DNA from: an uncultured Eubacteriales bacterium
Lineage (GTDB): Bacteria; Bacillota; Clostridia; Oscillospirales; UMGS1783
Length of the DNA stretch: 64,000 nt
Assembly: GCA_934456365.1 (NCBI GenBank)
Contig: CAKSHC010000002.1
Location: 160,508-224,507 of the forward strand
Reading direction: 5' to 3'
This document shows positions 53,987-63,300 of this stretch, one piece after another; positions within the stretch are counted from its first letter, which is position 1; each line of letters starts with the position of its first letter. The position numbers and the translations under genes are program-made. The notes under the pieces are model-generated. The model made no database searches. It was not told the origin of the DNA and saw only the letters and a program-made list of their open reading frames with translations.

Positions 53987-54315
53987 TGAACGAGGAATGA
54001 GAAATGAGAAATTAAGGTAGGCGCGGGGCGCGCCATCCGATAGAATGCCCTTGTCCTTTAACGCGCCGCAGGCGCGGCACCGATGAGCAAAAAGAAACGC
54101 CCCACACGCAAAAAGAACGAAGTTCTCTGCGTGGGGGCGGAGCGTTTGCGAGTCGAAAGGAGGGGAGCGAGCCGACCGCCGCCGGTGGCGGAGGAAGGAA
54201 GGCGAGCGAGTGGCCGCGGTCGAATTTTTCAAGCGAGCGCTGCGAGCGCCGAAAAAGGCGGGCACCGCAACAGGAGCAAGGAAGCGGGCGACGACATTTT
54301 TTTGTTTTTCAAACA

Positions 54316-54352
54316 AAAAAATCGTCGGAGCAAAGCGAACTTTGCTCCGACG
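54316..54352 (-). terminator. rho-independent terminator of the tRNA-Thr gene
   Basis: Minus strand: hairpin cgtcggagcaaag-ttcg-ctttgctccgacg followed by atttttttg. Confidence 0.55.
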
Positions 54353-54427
54353 TGGAGCTGGTGAAAGGAATCGAACCTTCAACCTGCTCATTACGAATGA
54401 GCTGCTCTACCATTGAGCCACACCAGC
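54353..54427 (-). tRNA. tRNA-Thr (anticodon CGU), CCA encoded
   Basis: The reverse complement GCTGGTGTGGCTCAATGGTAGAGCAGCTCATTCGTAATGAGCAGGTTGAAGGTTCGATTCCTTTCACCAGCTCCA folds as a cloverleaf: 7-bp acceptor stem, GCTC/GAGC D-stem, GCTCA/TGAGC anticodon stem with loop TTCGTAA, and a GGTTCGATTCC T-arm. Confidence 0.8.
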
Positions 54428-54499
54428 GATTGCAAAAGATATTGTACCAAATCCGTTTAGGTTTTGTCAATCATTTTTCAAGGATTAGGAGGAAAAATC

Positions 54500-54703
54500 A
54501 TGAAAATCCAGCTTTCCGTGTCCGGAATGGCCTGCGCCCACTGCGCCGCGCGCCTGAAAGCCGCTTTGGAGGCGCAGGCGGGCGTACTTTCCGCCGAGAC
54601 TTCCCATGAGGCGGGTCAGGCCGTCGTCACCTACGACGAAGCGAAGACCGATGAAAAGGCCATCCGCCAAACGGTGGAAGACGCCGGCTTCGATCTCAAC
54701 TGA
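54500..54703 (+). CDS. copZ: heavy-metal-associated (HMA) copper chaperone CopZ-like
   Basis: 67 aa. The GMACAHC metal-binding loop. AGGAGG RBS. The track ORF starts 36 nt earlier. Confidence 0.8.
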   Translation: MKIQLSVSGMACAHCAARLKAALEAQAGVLSAETSHEAGQAVVTYDEAKTDEKAIRQTVEDAGFDLN

Positions 54704-54706
54704 AAA

Positions 54707-54740
54707 AAGCGGGAGCATGATTCATGCTCCCGCTTTTTTG
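54707..54740. terminator. bidirectional terminator between copZ and the lacI-family gene
   Basis: Hairpin agcgggagcatg-att-catgctcccgct flanked by A6 and T6. Confidence 0.6.
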
Positions 54741-54744
54741 CCGG

Positions 54745-55797
54745 TTATTCCTCGTCCTTTAGTCGGCCGCGGGTGATCAGATAGGGATTGATGGAGATCA
54801 GCCCGGCCGAGCCGCCGTCGAGGCAGCTGAGCAGCGCGCGAAACGCCCGCCGCGCCTGCTCCTCCTGTCGCTGATCGATGATGGCCGCCAGGCTCCCGCT
54901 GCGCAGACAGGCGCAGTTTTCCCGGGTGGCGTCCACACCCACCAGGCGCACCTCCCGGCTTTTTCCCAGCTCTTCCAGCGCTTTGCAGACCATCCAGGCG
55001 CTGTAGGTGGAAACAAAGGCCGCGCGGGGCGCGTCGGGCGAGGAAAAGCGGGCCAGCGCCTTTTCGTAGGCTACCTCCGGATAATCGCAGCTGGCATGCA
55101 CCTGCCCGAGGGAAAGCCCGTAAAAGCCGAGCTCCTGCTCAAAATTGTCGATATAGCGCTTATACATGTCCTGCGGCGGCACCACCGCGGCAAACACATC
55201 GGCCCGCTCGCCCGGAGAAAGCACCGCGCCGAAGAAATCGGCGGCAATGCGCCCGCCCACTGCGCCGTCGAGCATCACATGCCCGCAGGTTTTGGTCAGC
55301 GTCAGCCGGTCGCCCAGCGAAACCACGGGGATCCCCTGCGCATGAATGCGCTCGATCGGGGCCCGCCGCCGGTCCTCGTAGATATCCGGATGGGAGAGGA
55401 TCAGCCCATCGTAGCCGCCTTCGGCCATCTCTTCGAAAACGGATTCCGCGTCTTCGCTGATTGTGGAATAGGTCAGAAGATGCAGCTCCAGCTTCCCGCC
55501 TTCGTATTCGGCCGTGGCCTGCGCAAAGCCCCGGCGGAACTTCTCAAAAATGGAGGGCGGGGTGTTCGGCATACCCACGGCGATGCGGATCAGGCTCTTA
55601 TGAAAATTGCGGGCCACGGTGTTGGGTTCGTAGCCCATCTGCTCGGCCAGCTCGCAGATCTGCGCCCGTTTGGCCGCGCTGATATTGCTCTTTCCGGCCA
55701 GCGCGTTGCTCACCGCCGCCGTCGAAACGCCCGTCATGCGGGCCAGGTCCTTGATCGTCACCTTATGAGAGGTCAGAACCTCTTTCTGATACAGCAT
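54745..55797 (-). CDS. LacI family transcriptional regulator
   Basis: N-terminal HTH (VTIKDLARMTGVSTAAVSNAL) and a periplasmic-binding-protein-like C-terminal domain. Confidence 0.85.
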   Translation of the reverse strand: MLYQKEVLTSHKVTIKDLARMTGVSTAAVSNALAGKSNISAAKRAQICELAEQMGYEPNTVARNFHKSLIRIAVGMPNTPPSIFEKFRRGFAQATAEYEGGKLELHLLTYSTISEDAESVFEEMAEGGYDGLILSHPDIYEDRRRAPIERIHAQGIPVVSLGDRLTLTKTCGHVMLDGAVGGRIAADFFGAVLSPGERADVFAAVVPPQDMYKRYIDNFEQELGFYGLSLGQVHASCDYPEVAYEKALARFSSPDAPRAAFVSTYSAWMVCKALEELGKSREVRLVGVDATRENCACLRSGSLAAIIDQRQEEQARRAFRALLSCLDGGSAGLISINPYLITRGRLKDEE

Positions 55798-55871
55798 CGC
55801 TTCTCTTCCTTTGTTTTAATCCTTTTTATTATAGCATTCGTTTTCCGGGCAAGTCAACCATGCCTTTTGGG

Positions 55872-55912
55872 GGTAAAACGTTTACCCTCCCCGATCCGTA
55901 AAATGTTTTACG
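55872..55912. promoter_or_regulatory. two adjacent CG-centred palindromes (LacI-type operator candidates) in the lacI-family gene's upstream region
   Basis: GGTAAAACGTTTACC (55872-55886) and CGTAAAATGTTTTACG (55897-55912). Confidence 0.4.
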
Positions 55913-55967
55913 TTTTTCCATAGGCAAGCAAAACGGGCGCATCCATCGATGCGCCCGCATTTTTCGC

Positions 55968-56543
55968 TTACCGAGCCTTGATGCGCGACCAGAGCAGGAT
56001 GATCGCCTGCCCGGGGATCCCCAGCGTGAAGATCAGCCAGAAATTCACCTTGGCGAAAACCAGCAGGGAAAGATACACCGAGCCCAGAACCGTCCACATC
56101 AGAAGCGAAACGATCAGGAAATTTTTGCGCGGATTGAACCAGACCGAATTGAAAACCAGCCAAAGGATCATCGAGGCCGGCACGGCGTAAACAAAAGGCA
56201 TCCAGGGAAACGAGGAGAGCGGCAGGATGAAAAATAAAGTGGCGATCATCCAGACGAGCAGAATGCACATCCCCGTGATAAAAGCCCGGTTGTGCTTTTC
56301 CCGGCGGCTCATCTCGGCGGCCGGCTGATCGTGCTCCGACTCCAAAAGATAATCCACCGAAACCGAAAACAGCGAGGCGATTTCTTTCAGAACCGACACG
56401 TCGGGAATCGATTCGCCCCGCTCCCATTTGGAAACGGCCTTGTCCGAATAGCTCAGGGCCTGCGCCAGCTCGATCTGCGTCATCCCGCTTTCCCGCCGCA
56501 GCGCCGCGATGTTGCGCGCCACCGTTTGCTTCAGATCTTCCAT
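55968..56543 (-). CDS. XRE-family HTH regulator with a C-terminal 4-TM membrane domain
   Basis: The HTH_3 motif (QIELAQALSYSDKAVSKWERGESIP), followed by hydrophobic segments. Confidence 0.8.
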   Translation of the reverse strand: MEDLKQTVARNIAALRRESGMTQIELAQALSYSDKAVSKWERGESIPDVSVLKEIASLFSVSVDYLLESEHDQPAAEMSRREKHNRAFITGMCILLVWMIATLFFILPLSSFPWMPFVYAVPASMILWLVFNSVWFNPRKNFLIVSLLMWTVLGSVYLSLLVFAKVNFWLIFTLGIPGQAIILLWSRIKAR

Positions 56544-56706
56544 CTTCGTCTCCTTTCCCGAAAGGTTTCTTTTATTATAGCATAAAAGCCTCCCGGTGAC
56601 AACCCGGAAAAATTCGCCCCCGTTCGACGGGATTTTTCATCCTCTTCCTGGTGCGGCCGATCGGTGCGGCGGCCCCGAATTTTTTGCAGCTTTTTTCGGG
56701 CCGTTC

Positions 56707-56757
56707 TTGAATTTGCCGATAGGCTATGGTATAGTATAATTAACTAATCGATCAGTT
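56707..56757 (+). promoter_or_regulatory. sigma-A promoter and a 16-bp near-palindromic operator upstream of the TetR-like gene
   Basis: TTGAAT-N17-TATAGT, followed by AACTAATCGATCAGTT (14/16 palindromic) between the -10 element and the RBS. Confidence 0.45.
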
Positions 56758-56780
56758 GCCAAAAGAAGGAAGGAACGGAT

Positions 56781-57386
56781 ATGAGAACGACAGAACAGCA
56801 GCACAACGAGCGCAAACGCGAGATCATGGAAAAGTGCTTTGCCTGCTATGCGGAAAACGGGCTGACGGGCACGGGCATCAAGGCTTTGGCAGCGGCCTGC
56901 GGCTGTACCACGGGAAATCTGTATTCCTATTTCAATAGCGTGGATGAGCTGATTTTGGAATCGACCGCCTACTGCATGGCAAAGGTGGAGGACGATTTCA
57001 TGAAAAAAGCCCCGACCGATCCCCGGGACGCCATGCGCTTTATCGAGGAGATCCCCTATTGGACGGCACGGGAGCACGGCAAGAAATACCGGCTGATGTA
57101 TCAGATTTACACCCATCCGAAATATATTGAATATGGCAAGAGGTTTTTCGAGGGCGTGAACGAGCGCTATACCGAGTATGCCAGGCAGCTGGAACCGAAG
57201 ATCGGCATTCCCTATACGACGATCACGCCGCTGATCTTCATCTTTGTGCGCGCCTGCGTGCACTACGCCATGTTCGAGGACGAATACTATCTGAAAGCCC
57301 AGATGGAGGTTCTGAAGCAGGGCGTTGCCCTGTTTGCTGATAAATACCGCTCACAATATCTGAATCACGGAGGGGATGCGAAATGA
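56781..57386 (+). CDS. TetR/AcrR family transcriptional regulator
   Basis: N-terminal HTH (CFACYAENGLTGTGIKALAAACGCTTGNLYSYF). Its stop overlaps the start of the following lipoprotein gene (ATGA). Confidence 0.65.
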   Translation: MRTTEQQHNERKREIMEKCFACYAENGLTGTGIKALAAACGCTTGNLYSYFNSVDELILESTAYCMAKVEDDFMKKAPTDPRDAMRFIEEIPYWTAREHGKKYRLMYQIYTHPKYIEYGKRFFEGVNERYTEYARQLEPKIGIPYTTITPLIFIFVRACVHYAMFEDEYYLKAQMEVLKQGVALFADKYRSQYLNHGGDAK

Positions 57387-58465
57387 GAAGATGGCTGCGA
57401 GGGATCGTTTGTCTGCTTGTGATGTCGGTCGTGCTTTTCGCCGGGTGCAGCAGCACTCAGCAAACAAGCACGGCACAGGACCGGCCGGAGGTGCGCAACA
57501 ACGGCACGGCGATCCAGTGGAAGTATGGCAGTGAGAGCGAGTGGCGCGACCTTGTGGCGCTTGCGGATCTTATGGGCGCCTCGGGAGAAAAGGGCGCGGC
57601 CGGGATCGCCGGTAAAGACGGCATTGATGGCAGAAACGGCGTCGATGGCAAAAACGGCGCCGACGGCAAAACCGTTGAGGTGAGAAAAACCGATTCCAGC
57701 ATTCAGTGGCGGGTTGAAGGCGGCGAGTGGCAGGATCTTGTGGCGCTCTCCGATCTTTCCGGCCCCTCCGGGAAAAGCGGCGCGGACGGAGCAAACGGCG
57801 CAAACGGCAAAACGCCGGAATTCCGGGTGAACGAAAACACCCTGCAATGGCGCTACATCGGCGATGAGATCTGGCTGAACCTGTATGATCTTTCCGCCTT
57901 GAAAGGGCTCGACGGCAAAGACGGCGCAGCCGGGAAAGACGGCGTAAACGGCAAAGACGGCACTGACGGCAAGGATGGAATCGACGGGCAAAATGGCAAG
58001 GACGGCAGCTGCCCAGGCTATTTTTACGCAGAGGGAAGCGTTTCGGCCTGGCCTCTTCAATACGGATCCCAAAAAATTTCTCTTTCGGAAGTCATCAACA
58101 AGGGCGGCCTGATCGCAGCCACACAGGACGGCGGCCTTACCCTGAAAAAGGGGCATACCTACCGCGTTATCATAAGCGGCTCGCTCGGGGTGTGCTCGGG
58201 CGCTTCCGATGGCAGCGGCTATTATGGCATTCAGCTGACAGACAGCAGCGCCACCCCCGACTTCTGCCGGGAGATCACCCGCATAAAACGGGACGGAGTG
58301 AGCGCAGCCATTCCCTACAGCACCGACTACCATTCCTTCCATTTCACCAGGCTGTACGACGCGTCCGCGCAGGATATAACCCTGAAATTCCTGTTTGAGC
58401 AATCCGAATACGATACCTATATCGAACGCTTCAGAGGCACGATCACCATAACCGCCCTGGACTGA
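57383..58465 (+). CDS. BclA-like collagen-repeat lipoprotein: lipobox signal, three QW-WxDL beta repeats interleaved with G-X-Y triplets, and a C-terminal beta-jellyroll (C1q-like) domain
   Basis: The lipobox is LFAGC. The repeats are IQWKYGSESEWRDLVALADL, IQWRVEGGEWQDLVALSDL and LQWRYIGDEIWLNLYDLSAL, each followed by (G-x-D/N-G) runs. The C-terminal 150 aa are beta-rich. Confidence 0.7.
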   Translation: MRRWLRGIVCLLVMSVVLFAGCSSTQQTSTAQDRPEVRNNGTAIQWKYGSESEWRDLVALADLMGASGEKGAAGIAGKDGIDGRNGVDGKNGADGKTVEVRKTDSSIQWRVEGGEWQDLVALSDLSGPSGKSGADGANGANGKTPEFRVNENTLQWRYIGDEIWLNLYDLSALKGLDGKDGAAGKDGVNGKDGTDGKDGIDGQNGKDGSCPGYFYAEGSVSAWPLQYGSQKISLSEVINKGGLIAATQDGGLTLKKGHTYRVIISGSLGVCSGASDGSGYYGIQLTDSSATPDFCREITRIKRDGVSAAIPYSTDYHSFHFTRLYDASAQDITLKFLFEQSEYDTYIERFRGTITITALD

Positions 58466-58495
58466 GCCGATCCACAGAAAACGGAGGTGCGGAAC

Positions 58496-60281
58496 ATGAA
58501 AAAACGAATCCTCGGCGTCCTGCTCGCCCTTTGTCTGGTGCTTGGAATGATGCCGACGGCCGTCTTTGCCGAAGGCGGCGCAAAGAAAAAGCATTACCCT
58601 CGGCACAACCGCTTTTGAGGGCGTTCAGAAAAGCAGCGTCCGGTTCGGCAGCTACAAGCAGTCGAGCGACGGCAGCGGCGGCTTTCAGACGGAGCCTGTC
58701 AGATGGCGCGTTCTGCGCCGCTCGGAGGGGCTGGTATGGCTCCTTTCGGATAAAATCCTGGATACCTATTATTACCACAGCGAAGACGGATGGTATCATG
58801 ATGTGTACTGGCAGGACACCCTGATGAAGCAATGGCTGAACAGCGAGCTTGAGGAGGGCGGATTTTCCGACGAGGCATTCAGCCCCGAGGAGTTTAAAGC
58901 CATTGCACTGAAAGAAGAACGGCTTGGCCGGGTGCTGCTCCTTTCCCGTGACGAAACGGAAGACCCCGAATGGTACGCAAACGGGCGCACCGCTCTTTTG
59001 GCAAAAGACAGCGATTACACCGCCTCCGGCGGAACGGTCGGGGCCCGCAACTTCGGGAAAAACGGCGCCTGGGTCCTTCGGGAAGACAAGGCCACGGCAT
59101 ACGTCTATTACGTGGATTCCGACGGGCAATACACCGACATTATGTACGGCGATTATTTTATCTTTGCCGTCCGCCCGTTTGTTTATATAGACGAAGCAAA
59201 GGTCCTCTTCACCTCTCCGGCCGTCGGCGGGAAAACGGCAATGGGGCTGACCGCTGTTTTCGGCTATGACGGAGAGGATTATAAGCTGACGGTGAAGGAC
59301 GATGAGAGAAACGGATTTCTTGCAAAGCTGAGGTCTTATGCGGGAAACATCGTTCAGTTTGATTACGAGGGCGCCAAAACGGGCGGCAATGAGTATCTTT
59401 CCGCAATGGTGCTCAACGGCGAAACCGTGAAATACTACGGCAGGCTCAAAAACGTCGGCGCCGCGGGCGAGGAAAGCGGAACGCTGACGCTCACTCTTCC
59501 CGTAAGCGTGGATGCGGAAAGCGGCGATCGGCTGTTTGTTTTCAACGAGCAGTGCAACGGCGACGGCAAAACTGACTATGCAAGCAGTTTGTGCGAGCTT
59601 GCGCTGAAATCGGCCGGCGCCGCGGCGCCCCGACTTCGCATCCATCCCGAAACCGACGAGTGGGAGGTTTCCTACGACGAGGGAACCACCTGGACCTCCC
59701 TCGGCGTGAAAGCGACCGGGATGAAAGGGGATAAGGGCGACGCCGGAGCGGACGGCGCGACCCCTCAGCTGAAAATCGGAAGCGACGCCCTCTGGTATGT
59801 TTCCCATGACGGCGGAACCACCTGGACCTCTCTCGGTGTGAAAGCCACGGGAGCGGACGGGAAAGACGGTCAGCCCGGCGCAGAGGGCAAGGACGGCACG
59901 ACCCCGCAGCTGAAAATCGGAAGCGACGCCCTCTGGTACGTTTCCCACGACGGCGGAGAAACCTGGATCTCTCTTGGCGTGAAAGCCTTTGGGGATAAAG
60001 GCGAAAAGGGAGATCGCGGAGAAAAAGGCGACGAAGGCGACAAAGGAGATAACGGCGCAGACGGCCGGATCCCCTTCATCGGCGAAAACGGCAACTGGTG
60101 GGTCGGGGAAAAGGATACCGGCGTAAAAGCGTCGGCGGCCGCGGCTGCCGCAGGGGATTTGGCGGGCGCTGAAAAAAGCCCGCTGGCGATCCTCGCGATC
60201 GCCGTCGCAGGGGTTTCGCTTTTGATCAACATCGTTTTGATTTCGTATACTGTGCTGAAAAAGAAAAAGAGCCCTGCTTGA
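58496..60281 (+). pseudogene. surface protein with collagen-like triplets and a C-terminal TM anchor; the reading frame is broken by a +1/-1 shift in an A-run about 85 nt after the start (sequencing error, pseudogene or slippage)
   Basis: ATG at 58496 encodes the signal peptide MKKRILGVLLALCLVLGMMPTAVFA..., then stops after HNRF. The 571-aa track ORF 58566..60281 continues in another frame from the GCAAAGAAAAAGC run. Deleting one A joins the two. The C-terminus is a TM helix followed by KKKKSPA. Confidence 0.6.
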
Positions 60282-60392
60282 GTGCCTCACAAGCTTTTTT
60301 CCCGCTTATAGGGCATCGATCGGGCGCAAGGCGGAAAACGGCACAAGTTCAAGAACCGCTCTGAATTCCGTTTATAAATGGAGGTATGGAAC

Positions 60393-63300
60393 ATGAAAGT
60401 ACGAGTCCTCGGTATCCTGCTCACGCTTTGCCTGGCGGCGAGCGCCGTGGCGCCCGTGGTGAGCCATTTTGCCCCGGGCGCAGCAGCCTCGGGCGCATAC
60501 GGCGCCCTGCTCGCGCCCGACACCACACCCCCTGCCGGATGGGAAGAAGATGCAAGCAACCCATACGGCACAAAGCAGGGGCAGCCCTTTGCCATCACCC
60601 CGTGGTATGAGCCGATTCTCTACGGCACCCGCAACGCGGAAAACGAAGCCGCAAAGGATCACACCAAGGTGTACGACAAGCTGACCCTCGGAAAAAATAT
60701 CATCGAGTCCCCGAGCGGTTCCTACAGCCTATCCTCGGTCGACAATGTCGCCTTCGCGGTCGGGACGGCTTACGACCCGCTCGGCACGGGCCGAAACGAC
60801 CACGCCATCTTTGTCGGCCTTTGCGATCTGGATAATACCAGGAACACGGCGAAGGTCTGCTTCTGGGTGCAGAATCTTGTAACCGATCAGCGCTCCGATC
60901 TTCAGAAAATCGCCGACGCGCCGAAGTGGGCGTGCAAAACCGACTACGGCGAGCTGGAATATCAGGAATTCCGCCACTATTTCAATGTCACGGCGGGCGA
61001 CTACGACGGCGACGGCAAGATGACCGCCGTGATCACCTATGCCGGCAGCGACGACCTCTGGGGGATCGCGGGCACGGGGATCGCCGGTGAACCGAAGTTT
61101 TACATAAGATCCTTCGCGGGCGCGGATACCTACTTCGGCGGTTGGGAAACAACCGAATACGAAAGAGATCAGATCACGAAATCCCTCGTTTCGCTTGACA
61201 TCGACCGCGACGGCTGCGACGAGCTTGCGGTTGTCGCCGGCGCCGCCGAGCCGCTTCCTTACAGCACCGGTATGGCGCCCGGGCTCCCCGGGGTTTCGGC
61301 GGATGCTTATGCCCTTTTTGTTTCAAAGCTGACGGTGTATAAAAACAACAGCGGAACCTTTAAGAAAATCTCGCAGAAAAAGCTGATGACCTTAAACCGC
61401 GAGGATGAGAAGGAAGACGGCAACCGATACTACGACCATATCCGCTTCCCGAACATCGCAGCGGCGGATATCAACTGCGACGGATACGAAGAGATCGTCG
61501 TCGCGGGATACCACAACGAAGTAAAGGAAGAAAAGCTCTACGGTTTTCTCGCCAATTCGGATGCCGACGCTTCGAATATGGGCTACGCCGTATACTACAG
61601 CGAAACCGACGCGATCACAAACGTCCAGAAGATCGCGATGAGCCGCTACACCGCAGGCGGAACGGACAATAACGGCGTGAAGCCCAAGCCCGCCATGACC
61701 GGCGTTGCCATCAACGGAAGGGGCACGCCCGAGCAGGTCTTCATCGCCGGCGGCCTTTATGAAGTGCAGGAAAACGGCGCGCTCAATCTTCTGTGCGATA
61801 CCGCGCGCGATAAAAACAAGAGCGCAAGATGGTGGTGGTATTATCAGGACGCCATCGCGGGCAACTTCGATCATAACACAGAGGGGCGCGAGCAGGTGAT
61901 CGCGCTTGCCGCCGAACGGCAGGACGGCACCAAAAATGCGCGCAAATTCGACCTCTTTACCGATGTATACTATGGCGAGAACTTCGGCAGCGGGGCTTTA
62001 TCGACCGCCGGCAAATATACGGTGACAGCCGAAAATGATGAATATTCCAAGCTGTGCCACGACGTCGACCTCGCCTGGGATATGCCGTATAACTGCATCC
62101 TGCTTGCGGGGGATGTGAACAAGGACGGTCTGTTTGCCCGCTATGAGGGCAAGGGCTACGGCTATTCCGACGCCCAGGTGCAGGCGGTGCTTCAGGCGGC
62201 TCCCTATTTTTCGGAGATCGGCGACTATGACCTCGACTTCTCCGACGGCTCCACCACCTATACCTTCTCCTCCGGCTATTCGGACACGAAATCCTCCTCG
62301 CACAATACCTCCTTCGGCGCGTCCATCGTTGTGCAGGGCGATCTGAAGGTGTGGCGATACGAGGCGACGCTCGGATATACCATGGACTTCACAAAAAGCA
62401 CCGAGGACACCCTTTCAAAGGAATACAGCGCTTCCTTCAATGCCGGCGGCAACGATTCCGTGGTGCTCTACCGCGTGCCGGCAACAACCTATTACTACTC
62501 CGTCTATGACCCCCAAAAGGGCGATTTCGACCTGAGCGAGAAAAACACCATCGCCCTCATGATCCCCGGCCAGCCGGTCTATACCATGCTCGACCGCGAG
62601 TATTACGACGAGTTTGCAAAGCTGTATAACGAAACCTATAAAGAGGATATCGCGGCGGGGAAAGCAAAGGCTTTGCCGCTGCTGACCCGTCATGTCCTGC
62701 CGGAAAACGCCGAGGGTGATCCGTTTGCCTATTGGTCAAATCCCGGCTCTTCCGACGAATCGGTCACGCAATTTGAGTCGCTGAGCAAGCAGAAATACGA
62801 GCTCGGCTTCGGCGCGAGCAGCATCACAAACGACTGGACGATAACCTCCGAGCACGCCGAAGGCATTGAAATGGCGCACGGGTTCTCCGCCTCGATGAAA
62901 AGCACCTGGGGCACGGATGCCTTCAATATGGGATTTGCGATCGATTTCAGCTACAGCCATGCCAAAGGAACGGTCTATACCACAACCGAGAGCAGCGGCG
63001 CCAGCGGCACGGTCAATAATATCGACCGCCGCTCGCTTCTGTCCTCCTACGGAATCGGGTATGACGTTTCCGGCCAGTACGGCTTTACCTGGGATTTCGG
63101 TATGCGCACCTGGACGGCGGGCGATCAGAAGATCCCCGTGTTCGGCTATGTGCTGACCAATCTTCGCGCCGCCCCGCCCGTGCCGGAGCTGACCGGCGTG
63201 TCCGTAACGGATCGTCAAAGCGCCAAAATCACCTGGGAAGCGCCCGCGGCAGACAGCCGCCGCCCCTTTGCCGGGTATCATATCTGGATGCGCCTGGACG

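Noticed and set aside
54020-54040. GAAC-gaa-GTTC inverted repeat resembling a LexA (Cheo) box.
   Set aside because: The spacer is 3 nt, not 4. It lies 3' of mutS2 rather than in a promoter. No such box was seen upstream of recA.
54139-54170. tmRNA-like 5' motif GGGGGCGGAGCGTTTGCGAGTCGAAAGG.
   Set aside because: There is no matching tRNA-like 3' acceptor/T-arm and no tag-peptide reading frame downstream on the plus strand. The next structured RNA is a complete tRNA-Thr on the opposite strand. It is treated as part of an unassigned structured region.
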